From assembly GCA_002633005.1 (NCBI GenBank), contig NMRA01000001.1, positions 23,527 through 87,526 of the forward strand: 64,000 bases of DNA, given 5' to 3'. Positions 13,599 through 26,800 of the stretch are shown piece after piece (the stretch's first letter is position 1; each line of letters begins with the position of its first letter). The notes beneath the pieces were generated by a model. The model was not told where the DNA came from, made no database searches, and worked only from the letters and a program-made list of their open reading frames with translations. The position numbers were made by a program, and so were the translations under genes. Origin of the DNA: Phoronis australis (taxonomy: Eukaryota; Animalia; Phoronida).

Positions 13599-16250
13599 CA
13601 GAGAAATGAACGTAGATCAATCATAAAATTGTAGATTTTCATTTTGTGAACACTCAGGCTAAGTGCCAATAAAAGCTGTGTCAAAAATCTAGACACCAAC
13701 AGCAGTGTACACTGGTGGCTCCAGTAAACTTAATCTCTGCAACAGCTTAACAGTTTCAAGAAAAAACTAAAATATGTAAATTTAGCCTTTTAACTTCGCT
13801 GCTGTCGCTCAGGGGTTCCCATACAGTCAAATGGTCTGTGTTCTGACTGATGTGTGTATTCCATGACCAATCCACACTCTAAATACATCTACAATTAACT
13901 CAGATGAGCTTTAAAGACTTCCTTCAGACAGAAGGTCAGAAAATGAAAATAAGGAATACTGCCTAGACCAACACATGCTATCATTAGCCATTAGAACAAA
14001 TTCATGGAAGGCAGTAAGGGCCCAGCAACGCAAGAAAACGTGATTGGACTGTGGTCATCGGCAGGAATTTGTGAAATAACGCTTCACTTGGAGAAGATTC
14101 ATCCATTCACAAATAAACAGAATGCAGAAAGTTTTTAGAAAAGGTGGATTTTCTGCATTTTTCATTTCAGAAGATAGGAAATTTCTCACGATAAATACTT
14201 CAATCATTTTCTGCTGAGTTCATGGCATACTGCATGGACTAATCTCTACTATTTCAGTGTTGAAAACTAAAAAACTACCATGTGTATTGGATTTTGTGGA
14301 TAACCACCAATTTTAAAAACACAACATTTTAAAGATGTCCCTAACCTTGTTAAAATATAACCAACTGAAATAAAACTCAAATTAACTAGGTTGCGCATGA
14401 ACATTTCTTTCTTCAGTGTTAAAATGAAATATTGAAACTTACATGTGAGAACAAATCCCTGAAACAAAACCAAATTTGAAGAGTTTCTGTATAGTTTCAA
14501 CATCCCTAATAGTCAGGGCTCAAATGACCACTTGAAACTGACTATCAGAACTGGGGCACATGATGCAAGTTTGAGGATGGCGTCCATATTGCTTAGAACA
14601 AACAGTCACCATCTCTGTGCAAATAAAAAGGCCTGCAATTTGTACCTCTCGGCCCAAAGGGGTGTATGGCCAACAAATCAAAAACTATTCGGGTGTTGCA
14701 ACCTACGCCATCCCCAAAAGTCTCACCCCAAGTTCCCAAGTAAATTGCAAAGATCATCAATACAGTTTATCATTCTCTAATGCGAGGATAGCGCATGGTC
14801 TTCAACAAATCACCGAAATCTCAAAAAAATGAATCTCAGTACAAAAATAAATCAGTTTGTTTTCAGTGTTTTGGTATCACATGACAACCTTCAGACAAAC
14901 GTTTCCGCACCATGATGTGTAGCAAGATTTATTCAAGCTAAAGATTACAACAGCAAGGCATGTACATAAATATGACTCACTGCAAATATGCATTAAGAAG
15001 CTCACCCAAACTGAAACAAATCCAAGCACACGTCAAATTCTTGCAAAACCAGCGTGTTCCAGCGTGTCACGCGCATACACACAGGGATTAAAAAGAAATA
15101 CAAAAACTGCACAAAGATCCATCCAGATAACTGTTTGAAGGTCAGAGACTTGAAATGGGTTGATGGTGATTGTAAACAGGCTAAATGTAGATATAAGTGG
15201 GAGATACTGGGATAGGCAGCGCTGTGGTGATGTTACAGTTAAGTTAAGGGCCACTACATCAGTTGGTTGATGGCTTGCTTTATCTATAAATCAATAGACA
15301 TGAAGCATCATGGTATATTGTACAAGCTGCTTGTTTCCTCAAACATACATAGATATTATTTATTACCCTAGATTAACAAAAATGGGTTCTACCTTGACTG
15401 ATCTCTGGCAGATTTATGATGTCACGAGGGGGCCCACTCAAACTTTCAGAAGGCGCCCTCGAACAGTAAAATGACAACAGTTATATGCTTTGTTGTGTCC
15501 GCTGGCAAACTTTAAACCTTGCTTTCTAACGCTACGAGAAACTCAGAGGCCAACTCTATATTATTCGCTTAAAAGAACACTCATAAAATTATATAAATAA
15601 TCAATTACTTGCCAATGAATATACGTTTGTTGACAGAAACCACTTTTGCAAACCTTTTTCTGTGCAACATGGAACACCAGTGCTAAGATCAATAAAACAT
15701 AACCCTAAACACTTCCAAACTCAATCTGTGACCAACTCACTGATGCATAATTTTAAAAATCCAAATGCCACCTACGAAAACGTACAATTACAACAAAGAA
15801 AATCATTTTGCCAGAGCCTGATGAGTGCACTCAGCTGTTGTATATGCATTTGTATGAAAAACAACAGATTGTCTCAAATAGTTAATGAGTTAATGACCAC
15901 ACAGTAGTTCAAATTTGTTGAACTACTCATCTGAAAACCAAATTGGAAATATTAAAATAACGGTAGCAGATCCAAATTACGTTCATTGAACATATAAATA
16001 TGTGGGTGCATGATATCAAGACCAACATGGAGCATTGAAATGCGCCTACAATTAGGGCTTGAAAAATGACTAATGACAAAAAAGAGGAAATTTTCCAGGT
16101 GACGCATCATTCCACAAATAAATAGGCTTGTGTCAGATAGGAATATTTTTGTGTTGTACAATTTATCTGAAGTTAAGTTTTTGCATGAATAAAGTTATAA
16201 AATAATGATAAAAGTGGAAACTGGAAAACACGTGAGACAAAATCAAAACC

Positions 16251-17906
16251 AACAAGAGCAACGCAGAGCGTTGAAATGCACCCACAATTGCACCATATAC
16301 GGTATCCTTCTAGGGTTGTTTATTGGTACCATAAAGTGGCCAGTAGAGGGCATATATGTAGTATGTTGTACTTTGCAAAATGGAAAGGGATGGTCATTGT
16401 CTCCTCAATAGGCTAGGGGCAAAATGTTACTGATCTTCATAATACAAGCACATCCTATACATCAGTTGCTTAAAGCACCACAGAAACATAGAATTAAAAA
16501 CAAACTTACCAACGTACGAGATTAGTACAGCATTAGAATGCTAGAAACAAATTTCTACTTGGAACTTTTCCTTCATAGTCACGAAGAAACACAAAGTATA
16601 CACCTGAAGACCTATGAAAATACAGAGGTCAATGTAAAATACTAAAATTGCCACTAGAGGCATACCGGTAGTCAGAATCATCCTAAAGTCATCATCGTCC
16701 GTTGTCAACATCACACTAAACACTAAAAATGGCCACTAGGTGGAGCAAACTATGTCGAATCCATCCGAAAACGGGAGGATAGCGTCATCTCACTAATAGG
16801 TGCCTACAAACCAAATTTCATGAAAATCCGTTAAGGACTTTAAAAAAAAGGTAAGCGTAAAAAACTAAAATTGCCACTAGGGGGCACACCGGTAATCGGA
16901 TCTGTTCGAAAGTTCGCACATGCTGTCCCATTCATGAATGGAACATATGTGCCAAATTTCATGAACGTATGTCAAAGGGTTTTGGAGATAGAGCAGCGGA
17001 CGCCGGACGCAGGCCTTCATGCAGCGTACGTCCTGGGCGTCCAAATAGACGCCCCAGCACTAATATGGACGCCCTGGCAAGGACGCCCAATGTATCATTT
17101 GGACACCCACTGTCAATAGGAACCTTTCAAGTTTGTACACACACATTGTAATGATTACTAGGAAGCCTCTGAAGGCTCACAGTGGGGGCTCTTTTTCAAA
17201 GCAGGAAGAAATATACAATGTATATACAAAGTATATACAATGTTGCTATGCTCATACTTGGTTGATAGCATTGTAAAAGTCTTGGTCTACACCAATTTTT
17301 TATTAAAAATGCTCACTACAGAAGGCTGTTTNACTTACACAATTTCGTAAAGATCCTGAGAACGGTTTAGGAGATACAGCCATAGGCGTAAAAAAAACAA
17401 AACTGCCACTAGGAGGCGCCACAGTAGTCGAAATCGTCGGAAAATCATCATCAACTGTCCTCTACATAGTAAGCATATACATGCCAATTTTCACAATCAT
17501 CCTTTGAGCGGTTAGGTTGATAGAGGGGTGGACGCACAAAAACAGACTCGAAAACACTAAAAATGGCCACTAGGTGACGCAAACTATGTCGAATCCATCC
17601 GAAAACGGGAGGATAGCGTCATCTCACAAATAGGTGCCTACAAACCAAATTTCATGAAAATCCGTTAAGGGCTTTAAAAAAAGGTAAGCGTAAAAAACTA
17701 AAATTGCCACTAGCGGGCACACCGGTAGTCGGATCCGTCCGAAAGTTCGCACATGCCGTCCCATTCATGAATGGAACATATGTGCCAAATTTCATGAACG
17801 TATATCAAAGGGTTTTGGAGATAGAGCAGCGGACGCCGGACGCCGCCAGGACGGACAGAGATGACGGCATAATGCGTCCACATATAAATATGTGGGCGCA
17901 TAAAAA
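16251..17906 (+). mobile_element. Helentron/HINE-like non-autonomous element with internal subrepeats, containing a MITE fragment and an assembly join
   Basis: Starts aacaagagc...atgcaccca; repeated aaattgccactagggggc...ccaaatttcatg units; ggac microsatellite; terminal 14-bp hairpin atgcgtccacatat-aa-atatgtgggcgcat followed by an A-run. A related truncated copy lies at ~19559-20030. Confidence 0.6.
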
Positions 17907-20900
17907 AGGGAAAATCCTAACAAAAGAGGAAAATTCCGAGCCATGTGTTATTACCTGTGTGAAAATCACATACCTGGTTGCTTAAGCAGTCATAATAACA
18001 TGAATGTATATTTCAGAAATATTAATTGTGAACTGCTCACAGAAGGGATAGTTTTCAGTTGCAACATTCTTCTTTAGTCACCATTTGATTGGACTTAAAA
18101 CCAATCAAAATTGCTAAATTGCATCGCGCAGTAATTACTCCATTGTTTGAAAACTAGAGGTCTGTTTATTCAAGCAATTATATTCAAATTACAATTCAAA
18201 TTTGACTGGAAATCAAAAAAACAACGTCAAAATGGAGAGATTTATTAATAAAACTTCAACAATTTCTCACTGACTGGTGGCCAGAATCATCCACATAATA
18301 TTTACTAAAGAGCAACTTCACACTTAATTTACTTTTCTATCACCTTTTTTATCATCTTCACCACTATTTTCATCCTTAATCAACTATTTTTATCCTTAAT
18401 CAACAGTAATTACTCGAATTCATGCCGGCCTCGATACCTCGACTGCTGGTTAACTTCAACCAGTGAGGATAAATTCAAGCTGTTTTGGAACCAAAAAACG
18501 ACTGACCAATCTAACACTATTGTCAACAAGTTAATGTTAAAATCCCAGTAACTACTGACTAGATAATCAACATTTCAGTGCTTATCGCCACTCCACTGAC
18601 CACTGACCAGACCACTGACCACTGACCACTGCTCTAGGCAAGATCACATTTGATCTCGTGTTCCATCAATGACATCACATGATGAGAAGCTATAAGTTGG
18701 CAATTTTTACTTCAAAACTACTAGTTCAATTCATTCAACAAGTGTTGATTAAGTTCGATTTTATTTGTATACTAAATTCATTATCTACACAAATCTTCAT
18801 CTCACAGACTAAAACATAGAACAATGGTAGCTCTTTAAACAGAAAATCGTTTTGCATCACAAGCACATCACAAGACACTGACTAAAAAGCTTTTAACTGT
18901 CACAGCTGCTCCATACAATATCAAGGCTAATAGCCTCCACTTGGGGGAGAGCCTCTAAAATTTGAGACACTGAAATTCATGCCCAAATTCAATTTTCTTG
19001 ATTCTGAACTTTAGAACATGTTGCAGTTATTCAAATTTCTCAATTATCAGGCATTTTATTTAGTATCAACAAAGCTGAGATAAAATTGCCGAAAAAAAGC
19101 TGCCAACACAAAATTCATCATTCTTTTGCACCGTGAAAGAGGGACAACCAATATTGTTGATTTCACTGTCACAAACTAGAGAATTTTTAATACCGGAAGG
19201 ATAAGCACAGGATGTCAAGATCAGACCTTAGCTGTGCCAAATATAAACCCCTAGTGTTTAGAGTAAAAAACAAAATTAGGTTCTTCACAAGCACATCTCT
19301 ACTTCTGGCCTTCTTAATTACTCACACTTTCATTGATTAATAAAATAAGTGGCAATAAAACTGCAGGGAGCCCCCTGATAGCCATACTACTTTGGTGGCT
19401 GAGACTAACCTGTAGCCATACAGTAGATAAACCATAGGCCTGGTTAAGCAATAACTTATACTAGAGAGTTCTTGTTTCTAGACAAAGGTAAAACAGGCCA
19501 ATATAAAGATAAGTGACCTAAAACAAACTCTTCTTCTACATAAGGTGATTGTTTTGAAACAAGAACAACGCCAAGCCTTGAAATGCACCCATGATTCGAC
19601 CTCAAATGGTATGTCTTTTGGCACCTTCATCAGTATCATAAAAACGGCTACCACAAGTTGGCAGCACAGAACCGACTAAAACATGAGGGCATCCTCATTT
19701 CTTCAATAGAAACATGTTTGGCTTAAATTCAAGAACTACATCCGGGAACTCTCAAGATACAAAGGCAAACAACCGAAAGTTGTCATCAGTTAGCGTGCAT
19801 ACATCTAAAAAACTTTCCATATTTAATAATGATGTTGAGAAAGGTTCAGGAGCATACGTGTGAACGCAAAAATACAAAATTGATGCTAGAGGGTGCTGCA
19901 GTAGTTCAGCTAGTCCGAAAATTAATGTCAGCAGTGGTCATCTCAACACAAACTCATCTACCAATTTCCATGTTGATCCTTTAAGTGGTTTGACAGACAA
20001 ATCCTGGCAGATTCAAAAAGAAATAATAAAAATGGCAAGACTTCCTAGTCTCCTTAATACAAACCTATTTTGGCAAATTTCACAACACACAGTCAAACGT
20101 AAAATAAGATGCAGAAGCAAACTAACGTATAATAATTAAAGTGCCCCGTTTGTCTGGCAGCAGTTCTCAGATACATCCAAAACTAATCGGCATCTATGTT
20201 CGTCTCTATAGAAACACATAGATCTATCAACATTCAGGAAGATCTTCCTAGTGTAAAAGAATGTAAAATATCGAAGACTGACCGATATTTTGGGGGGAAA
20301 CAGCAGCAGACGCCAAACAGAAGATGCTGGCAACACGCCACAACTGACAACTTAGACAAAAAGCATCAGTAACCTCTGGTCTTGGTTTTTCAGGAAAACC
20401 ACTTCAGTGGTGCGGTTAATTTTGAAGTTAACCACTTTCTAAAAAAAGAAAATCTGCCAGAGACAAGCAATGACGCAGGGCCTATTTTTACTAATCATTT
20501 AGGCAAATGCTGGTACGTCAAACCTTGTTTATGTACCTGAGTGCATATTTCAAAAACAAAAAACTTGGTTGAAAGTGAAGTGAATGTACATTTTTAGTCA
20601 GCAATCAAACTCTCAAAATTACACCAGAACCCATAATCCTTTGGCTTGCAAAATAAGAAAGAGAACGTTATAATAAACTTAATCGCTATATTGCGTTTAA
20701 AATCAATAATATTTTACCTCGGAATTCATGAAGCAAAATATTGAATTATAAAGTGAGTGTGAAACATGAATCATCAGCAGACAAGCTAAGTAAGATTATC
20801 ACAGATAGTGATTCCACTCAAGCCATTTAGTTATGATGGCATCAGATTCGTGATATTGTTTGCGAGCCAAATATTTAAGAGAGCATGATAGAGGACTGAG

Positions 20901-23025
20901 GTTTAAAGCTTAGCGCACAAATTTAGTTGGTCCACCAACACTGCTCTCTATATAATCCTCCATGGCTGTTTTGCCAACTGATATATAGTTCAATCATTGG
21001 GAGGTAGGGATGACTTGTGGGTGAAATATACTGAAGACCAGAAAGTCCAACAAGTTCAGACTAAGTGTCCAACTCTGCCTTTTTGACCATTCTTTTGATC
21101 TTTTATTTTTGCATTTAAGTTAAATTCAGTTACCATAGTTGTTTACTTGGCCGCATGTTACAAATTATCTGTTCACTGCCATGCTTTCTAAAAGTCAACA
21201 TGCAAACTTTTGTGGTTTTTGGTCATGTGACTCGCTGTAATTTGCACGTGCATGGGCGGCGCACATGGTCTACAGGCGTTGCTCCACAGGGGGGCTGAGG
21301 AGGCTTTAGCCCCACCCCCCCCCACTTTTTTCAGTGCTGCACTGCCCATGATGTATATCCACGACCATTGGTCACGTGACTCACTGTAATTTGCATGTAT
21401 ACCCAGGAGCAAAACTGACAGAAAGATAATTGCACTTTCGGTAATACAATCTATTATTCACAGGTGACTGCTTTCATCTAACACGTCATTTTATCAATTG
21501 ATCAAAAAGGAAATCTTTTGAGCCGTTCCATAACAAGATGTCAAAGACACAGGGGCGACGTATTTTGCACAACAAATTCTAACTTTAATTCATGGGCCAA
21601 TGTTGATGTTTCACTAAGAATAAATTGTGTTTGTCTTAAAAATAAAGAGCCAGATTCGCCAACAGAAACACGGAAATAGTAAAAACACTGTTTCAATAAT
21701 TCAAGAAAGGTTGGTTTGTAACACAAACCATCAGAACACTGAAAGGAATACTTTGAGTCCTCCTAACTCTCTCTTCACTTTGAAGAAAACCAGGTTAAGT
21801 TGAGATCAGAGAACCAAATCAAAGAAACTGGTCTGGCAATGACATCCAGTAGTAGTTCACTGAAATTTGATATATCCATCTGATGATAAACTGGGATGAG
21901 CTAGCAAGAAGCACAAATGTATTGAATATTGCAACTTGGACTTAAATCTAGAAAATAATAAAAAGTGGTTGAAATTTAAATGAAAACCTATTTTTTGTGT
22001 TATAAATATATCAAAGCAAAACATTATCTTTGATCCAGGTACAAAAATCCCCTAAGTGCCTACATATGCCCTTGAATACTTGGGAGGAACCACAATACAC
22101 TACACCTTTAGATTAAGAACTTGACAATAAATTTCAGTCTTGTCTCATCTCATTTAGTCCATTCTATTAACTTTTATAAATCAAACAAGGTTTTTGTCTA
22201 TTTTGGTTGACCACATTCACGAAGTGGCCATCAGCTATTAATTATATAGTCTTATCTTGCGAGACCAATTAAAATTAGTTGAAATAGTGAGACATAATGT
22301 TGGGCGATATTCTATGCTAGCTATGTAACAAAACCCAACTTGCAGAGATTTTAATTTACACTTCTTGACAATCACAGACTATAGAAAGCACTCAGGTGTA
22401 AATTGCTGTAAATATTAACAGATTTCAAAATGCAGCTGGTATATGCCAAACTTGTAAAATAAATAGTACTGTCTCAGACGGCGCAAGGGGAGAAAAAAGT
22501 TCATGGAAATCTCACAAACAAAATGCTGGCGTTTTTTAAGTGCCTGAGAAATGTCAGAGAAATATGTGAAATGGTGTGTGAAAAGGGAAGATAAAGGCCT
22601 GAAGGCTGAACAGACAGCCAGGCGGCGTGTCAGATTGTAAACATTGTCACAACATGTGCAGTTGCAGGACGCACAACGAAGTTTCAACCAAAAGGATGGG
22701 CCCCTAAATCCCACAACTTCCAGGGACTGACGAATACGCATTATATCGGAGTCAGTCAACGGTCATTCGACTTTCGTCGGCCTTCACGCAAATCGCAAGG
22801 CCTAGAACTAGGTATGTAGGCTAGGGCCTGGCTAGGCCTACCATGTACCATACAACTATTAACATTGTTGAAAGCTATAGATGCAGACAAGTTTTATTAT
22901 AAAATGTGCAATCGTAGGCTAATCTTCTGCCACTAGTTATTAAAGCCTAATCCTCGCAAAGCATTTAAACAATTGGAAAAGAAGGGATACATAGCAAAAG
23001 GCTTAGCCACGTTACGTTACGTTAC

Positions 23026-23044
23026 CTTCGTTCGATTCATCCAT
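23026..23044 (-). CDS. Candidate first coding exon (MDESNE+G) of the minus-strand gene
   Basis: aacATGG context; ATG GAT GAA TCG AAC GAA G|gtaacg donor; its phase 1 end joins in frame to the 470-1056 exon (MDESNEDDLAFDDRMSKS...). Confidence 0.4.
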
Positions 23045-23362
23045 GTTGATCACTGAATGAAGAAATTAGGTCAAATTGCGAAAATAGGTCAATTTACAGG
23101 TGACTGCAGGNGGAACTGAACAAGGGACTGCTCGAAGAAAAAGCTTCATTATGGAAATATTTGTTTAAGTTGGAAGGAATAAATACATCGGCGACCCCCT
23201 AAGCTGTCGACCCTCTAGCTATGCGCAAACCGCATTTATAACAAGCTTTGACTTTGACGTATTATAGTCAGTGCGAGACATAATTCAACAAAAAGCGTCT
23301 GGCGTATTATACTATTATGCGCCTATAGGCTGAGCTCCACAGTCTCTATTGGCGGTGTCAGT

Positions 23363-23566
23363 CAAGGCTTGGAATTTTCCCCGGAAACATGGATTTCCGC
23401 TTTTTTCAAATGTTCTGTCCGCGCATTTTATTATATTTCTGTGTAAAAAAAAAATCGGATTTGATATAAAATTTCCGCGGCAAATTCCTTTCTTACCGCA
23501 GCGTTGCTGACGACGTTCACCTCGAAAAGCGGAAGTTGCTCTTTATGCTTCAGAGGAACGTAAATT
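23363..23566. mobile_element. Truncated copy of the MITE at 24952-25438
   Basis: About 200 bp closely matching 24952-25152. Confidence 0.8.
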
Positions 23567-23833
23567 ATTTGTGTTGCCCTTCTTTGCAGTCCTTATTTTG
23601 TGTGATGTTTAGCATATAATACAGTTCTGCAAATAGGAAACTGGGTCATGTAGACGGAAGTGCGAAAGTCCTGGCTAAAGCTCAGATACTGTTGAACGAG
23701 GATTGGTCCAAGATTCTAGACTTAGTTGCCTGGCCATAGTATAAGTGTTAAATACTTCCTCGAGCCCCTTATGAGCCCCTTGTGAATGATGGGCCCACCA
23801 AGTCCTGCTTGAGTTGATGTGATTTTATTCTAG

Positions 23834-26800
23834 GAAGCCTGTGGCCTCTTCCATCTTCTTACAAGACAATGACCGAGAGAAGTCAATTGGATGAGCTGAA
23901 TTTTCAGTTCACCACCAATGTGCCTGACTGCGATGTGTTACAAGATGCATTCAAGCGCTATTACAAGTACATTTTCTACGGCCCCACAATTACAAAGTCC
24001 AACTATGCTGATCCAACAATTCAACAGAAGTTAGTTGGCAACGCCAACGGTTACTTGACATCAGTTTCTGTAAAAGTGACCGGGGGTTGTAAGAATGGTG
24101 ATTTGCCGTCATTGGAGTCTGATGAAAGTTGTGAGTATAGGACTGGTTTCAAGTTTGCCTTTGAAACAGAAAATTTGATGCCATTTATCTTTTCCTTAAA
24201 TTTTAAAAGCGAACATATGTTGTTGGCAAAGTCTGCCATACCTTTTGCCTACCCTAAGATTTATATGTTTCCAATTCTTGTGGTGATGGAAACTGGAAAA
24301 TTTCAAGTACTGCTGACCAGCAGAATTTGCATGTTATTGCCAAATGATTATGACAGTTTGGGTGAGTTTAAGAGTTCTGAAAACCGGTAAAATTTCACTA
24401 ACATGGCAGATGGATGATATTTTGTTTTCTCGTTTTGTTATTACACGATACGTAGCACCATATCAATGCTTTATCAATGTTTTATTTGATATATATTATC
24501 TTTTAGACAAAGTTGGTAAGATTTTATTGTACATTCCCAGTCACCGTAATGACTTTGGCAGAAAATTGACAATGCCTTTTTTCCTTTCTGTTGAAGACTC
24601 TCTCGTTGTTAGCCCCAGTGGTGCCATGTTGACAGCCCCTGCTGCTTGGGGTGCCCTCCGAGGCATAGAAACATTCAGTCAACTTGTCTATCGCCAAGGT
24701 GGCTCAGTAAGTGACACGAAGCGTTGTATATTTTTGCCTCATTAGTGTCTGCTTCATGTAGATATTAATGTTTAAGTCTGCCTTCAACCTCTGCATGATT
24801 GTATTTTGGTTGCAGTAATATGTAATATGTTTTGAGCCTCATTCTGAATGCCCCAATATCGTATATTGTCGAATGTAAAGAGCGATTTATGCTTATTCCT
24901 ATACATCACAGCGATAATTCTTATGATGGTGTTCTATTAGGTCCCCTAAATCAAGGCTTGGAATTTTCCGCGGAAACGCGGATTTCCGCTTTTTTCAAAT
25001 GTTCTGTCCGCGTATTTTATTATATTTCCGCGTAAAAAAATCGGATTTGATATAAAATTTCTGCGGCAAATTCCTTTCTTACCGCTGCGTTGCTGACGAC
25101 TTTCACCTCGAAAAACGGAAGTTGCTCTTTATGTTTCGGAGGAACGTAAATTGTCAACATTGCCGGGGCATCTGGGATAGCGTGGTGGATTTTTCAATGG
25201 CGTCTTGTGTGATCATTGTAAAACCGCGGTGACAAATACTACGACTCTGCAGCCAAAAATGTGTGGAGGTGGGAGTGGACGGACGAGCCAAAAAGACGCA
25301 GACACACGCTTCTGGAGGTGGTCCTCCCGATTTTTGTCGGCAAAAGGTCAACATCCCCTATTTCGAGGGCCGGGAAGCGCGCATGTTTTGCACCGTAAAA
25401 GTTTCCGCATTTTTCGTCAATGGTCATTCCAAGCCCTGCTAAATTCAGCACAACTTCTTAATGTCTTTTGTCCTGTATTTTGTGTTCTCATGGTGATGCA
25501 ATAGACTCCACAAGACTACTTCACACATCAGGTGGCAAGCCTTTGTGTGAGTGATTACGTCACATTTTTTAATGTTCCTCAAGTATAACAGAACACTAGA
25601 GCACCTGCCACTGTAAAATAGGTCTCAAAATTCTCGTTACAAGGACGAGAACTGGTGTTTGGGTTTGCAAAGAATTGGGAGTTCGTAATTGCTTGAGACC
25701 ACATCTACAAATAAAATGCCACTCTGTGACAAGTCATGTGGTCTCTAGCAATAACGAGCTGTCTGTTCCATCCAAGCTCAGAACTCATGTTATTTTGACT
25801 CAGGATTTTGGATTAAGTGGATGGTGATTAGTATATGAAATCATCAAGTTCAACGACCCTGTCTGCGACGGGTTACAACAGGTCGTCTTCTGCATACCTA
25901 AGAATCTTGATCCTTTCCGTAATTGCATTGATTTCAACAGTTTGAATAGAGACAACCTGTGCGTTTATTGACAAGGTCATATTTTAGATCAGCAGGCCAT
26001 AGAAATCTTGATTTTCCACGATTTCATTCATGGAAAAATATGTTTCTGCAAAGTTATTCCATTCTTATTCATTTTGGAAACTAACAAATCCGTTTAACAA
26101 TTGCAAAGTGGTAAATGAAGTAAAAATGACAGGAAATTGTCTTTTTCCTTTTCTTTTTTCCACAGAAATTATGCCACAGCTGCATTCAGTGCCGATAACT
26201 GGTTGCACTTCATGTTTATTGTTTCTCAAAATCGAAACAAGAACAGCTGCACCACATTGAGAAAGAATCAACAACTACTTGAGCGCACCCGCTGAAAAAT
26301 TAATACACTTTTACGTAATACACTTCTTCTTACGGATGTCAGGGACTAAATACAGCACTCGGCATATTTTGTCATGGGTTTAAATATCTTGAGTCCATCA
26401 AGAGAGCGAAAAAATGATTACAATTGTCTTGATCCAGTAGGCAACTCTGAGCTAAATTTTTGTAATTGCATTTCATCTACTGAACAGGCTTGTGGTTTTC
26501 TCTGGTCTATTGACAGCTTTCTGGACCAGCTATATTGGTTACTTGGGAGGATTATCGGGACAAAAGTACATTATGTAATTCTAATGAGTCTTAAAATCTC
26601 TGAATAGTCTAATTTGTTACGTCTGCTATGTATAAAAAGTGGGAGTGCTGTCATTGTATGTCTTATGTATTAAATTGTGAGTGTTTCATTTTGTAGTATT
26701 ATGTTAACTCAACTACTGTCTCAGACGTTCCTCGCTTCAAACACCGAGGACTCCTGTTGGACACTTCTCGACACTTCATCTCAGTTGAGATTCTCAAGCA

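Noticed and set aside
16871-17985. Paired ORFs starting MPLGGTP/MPLAGTP
   Set aside because: They lie in repeated units of a non-coding mobile element and show no protein motif.
22400-23833. Hexosaminidase signal-peptide exon
   Set aside because: No ATG plus hydrophobic stretch ending in a phase 1 donor was found; it may be lost in the join at 23111.
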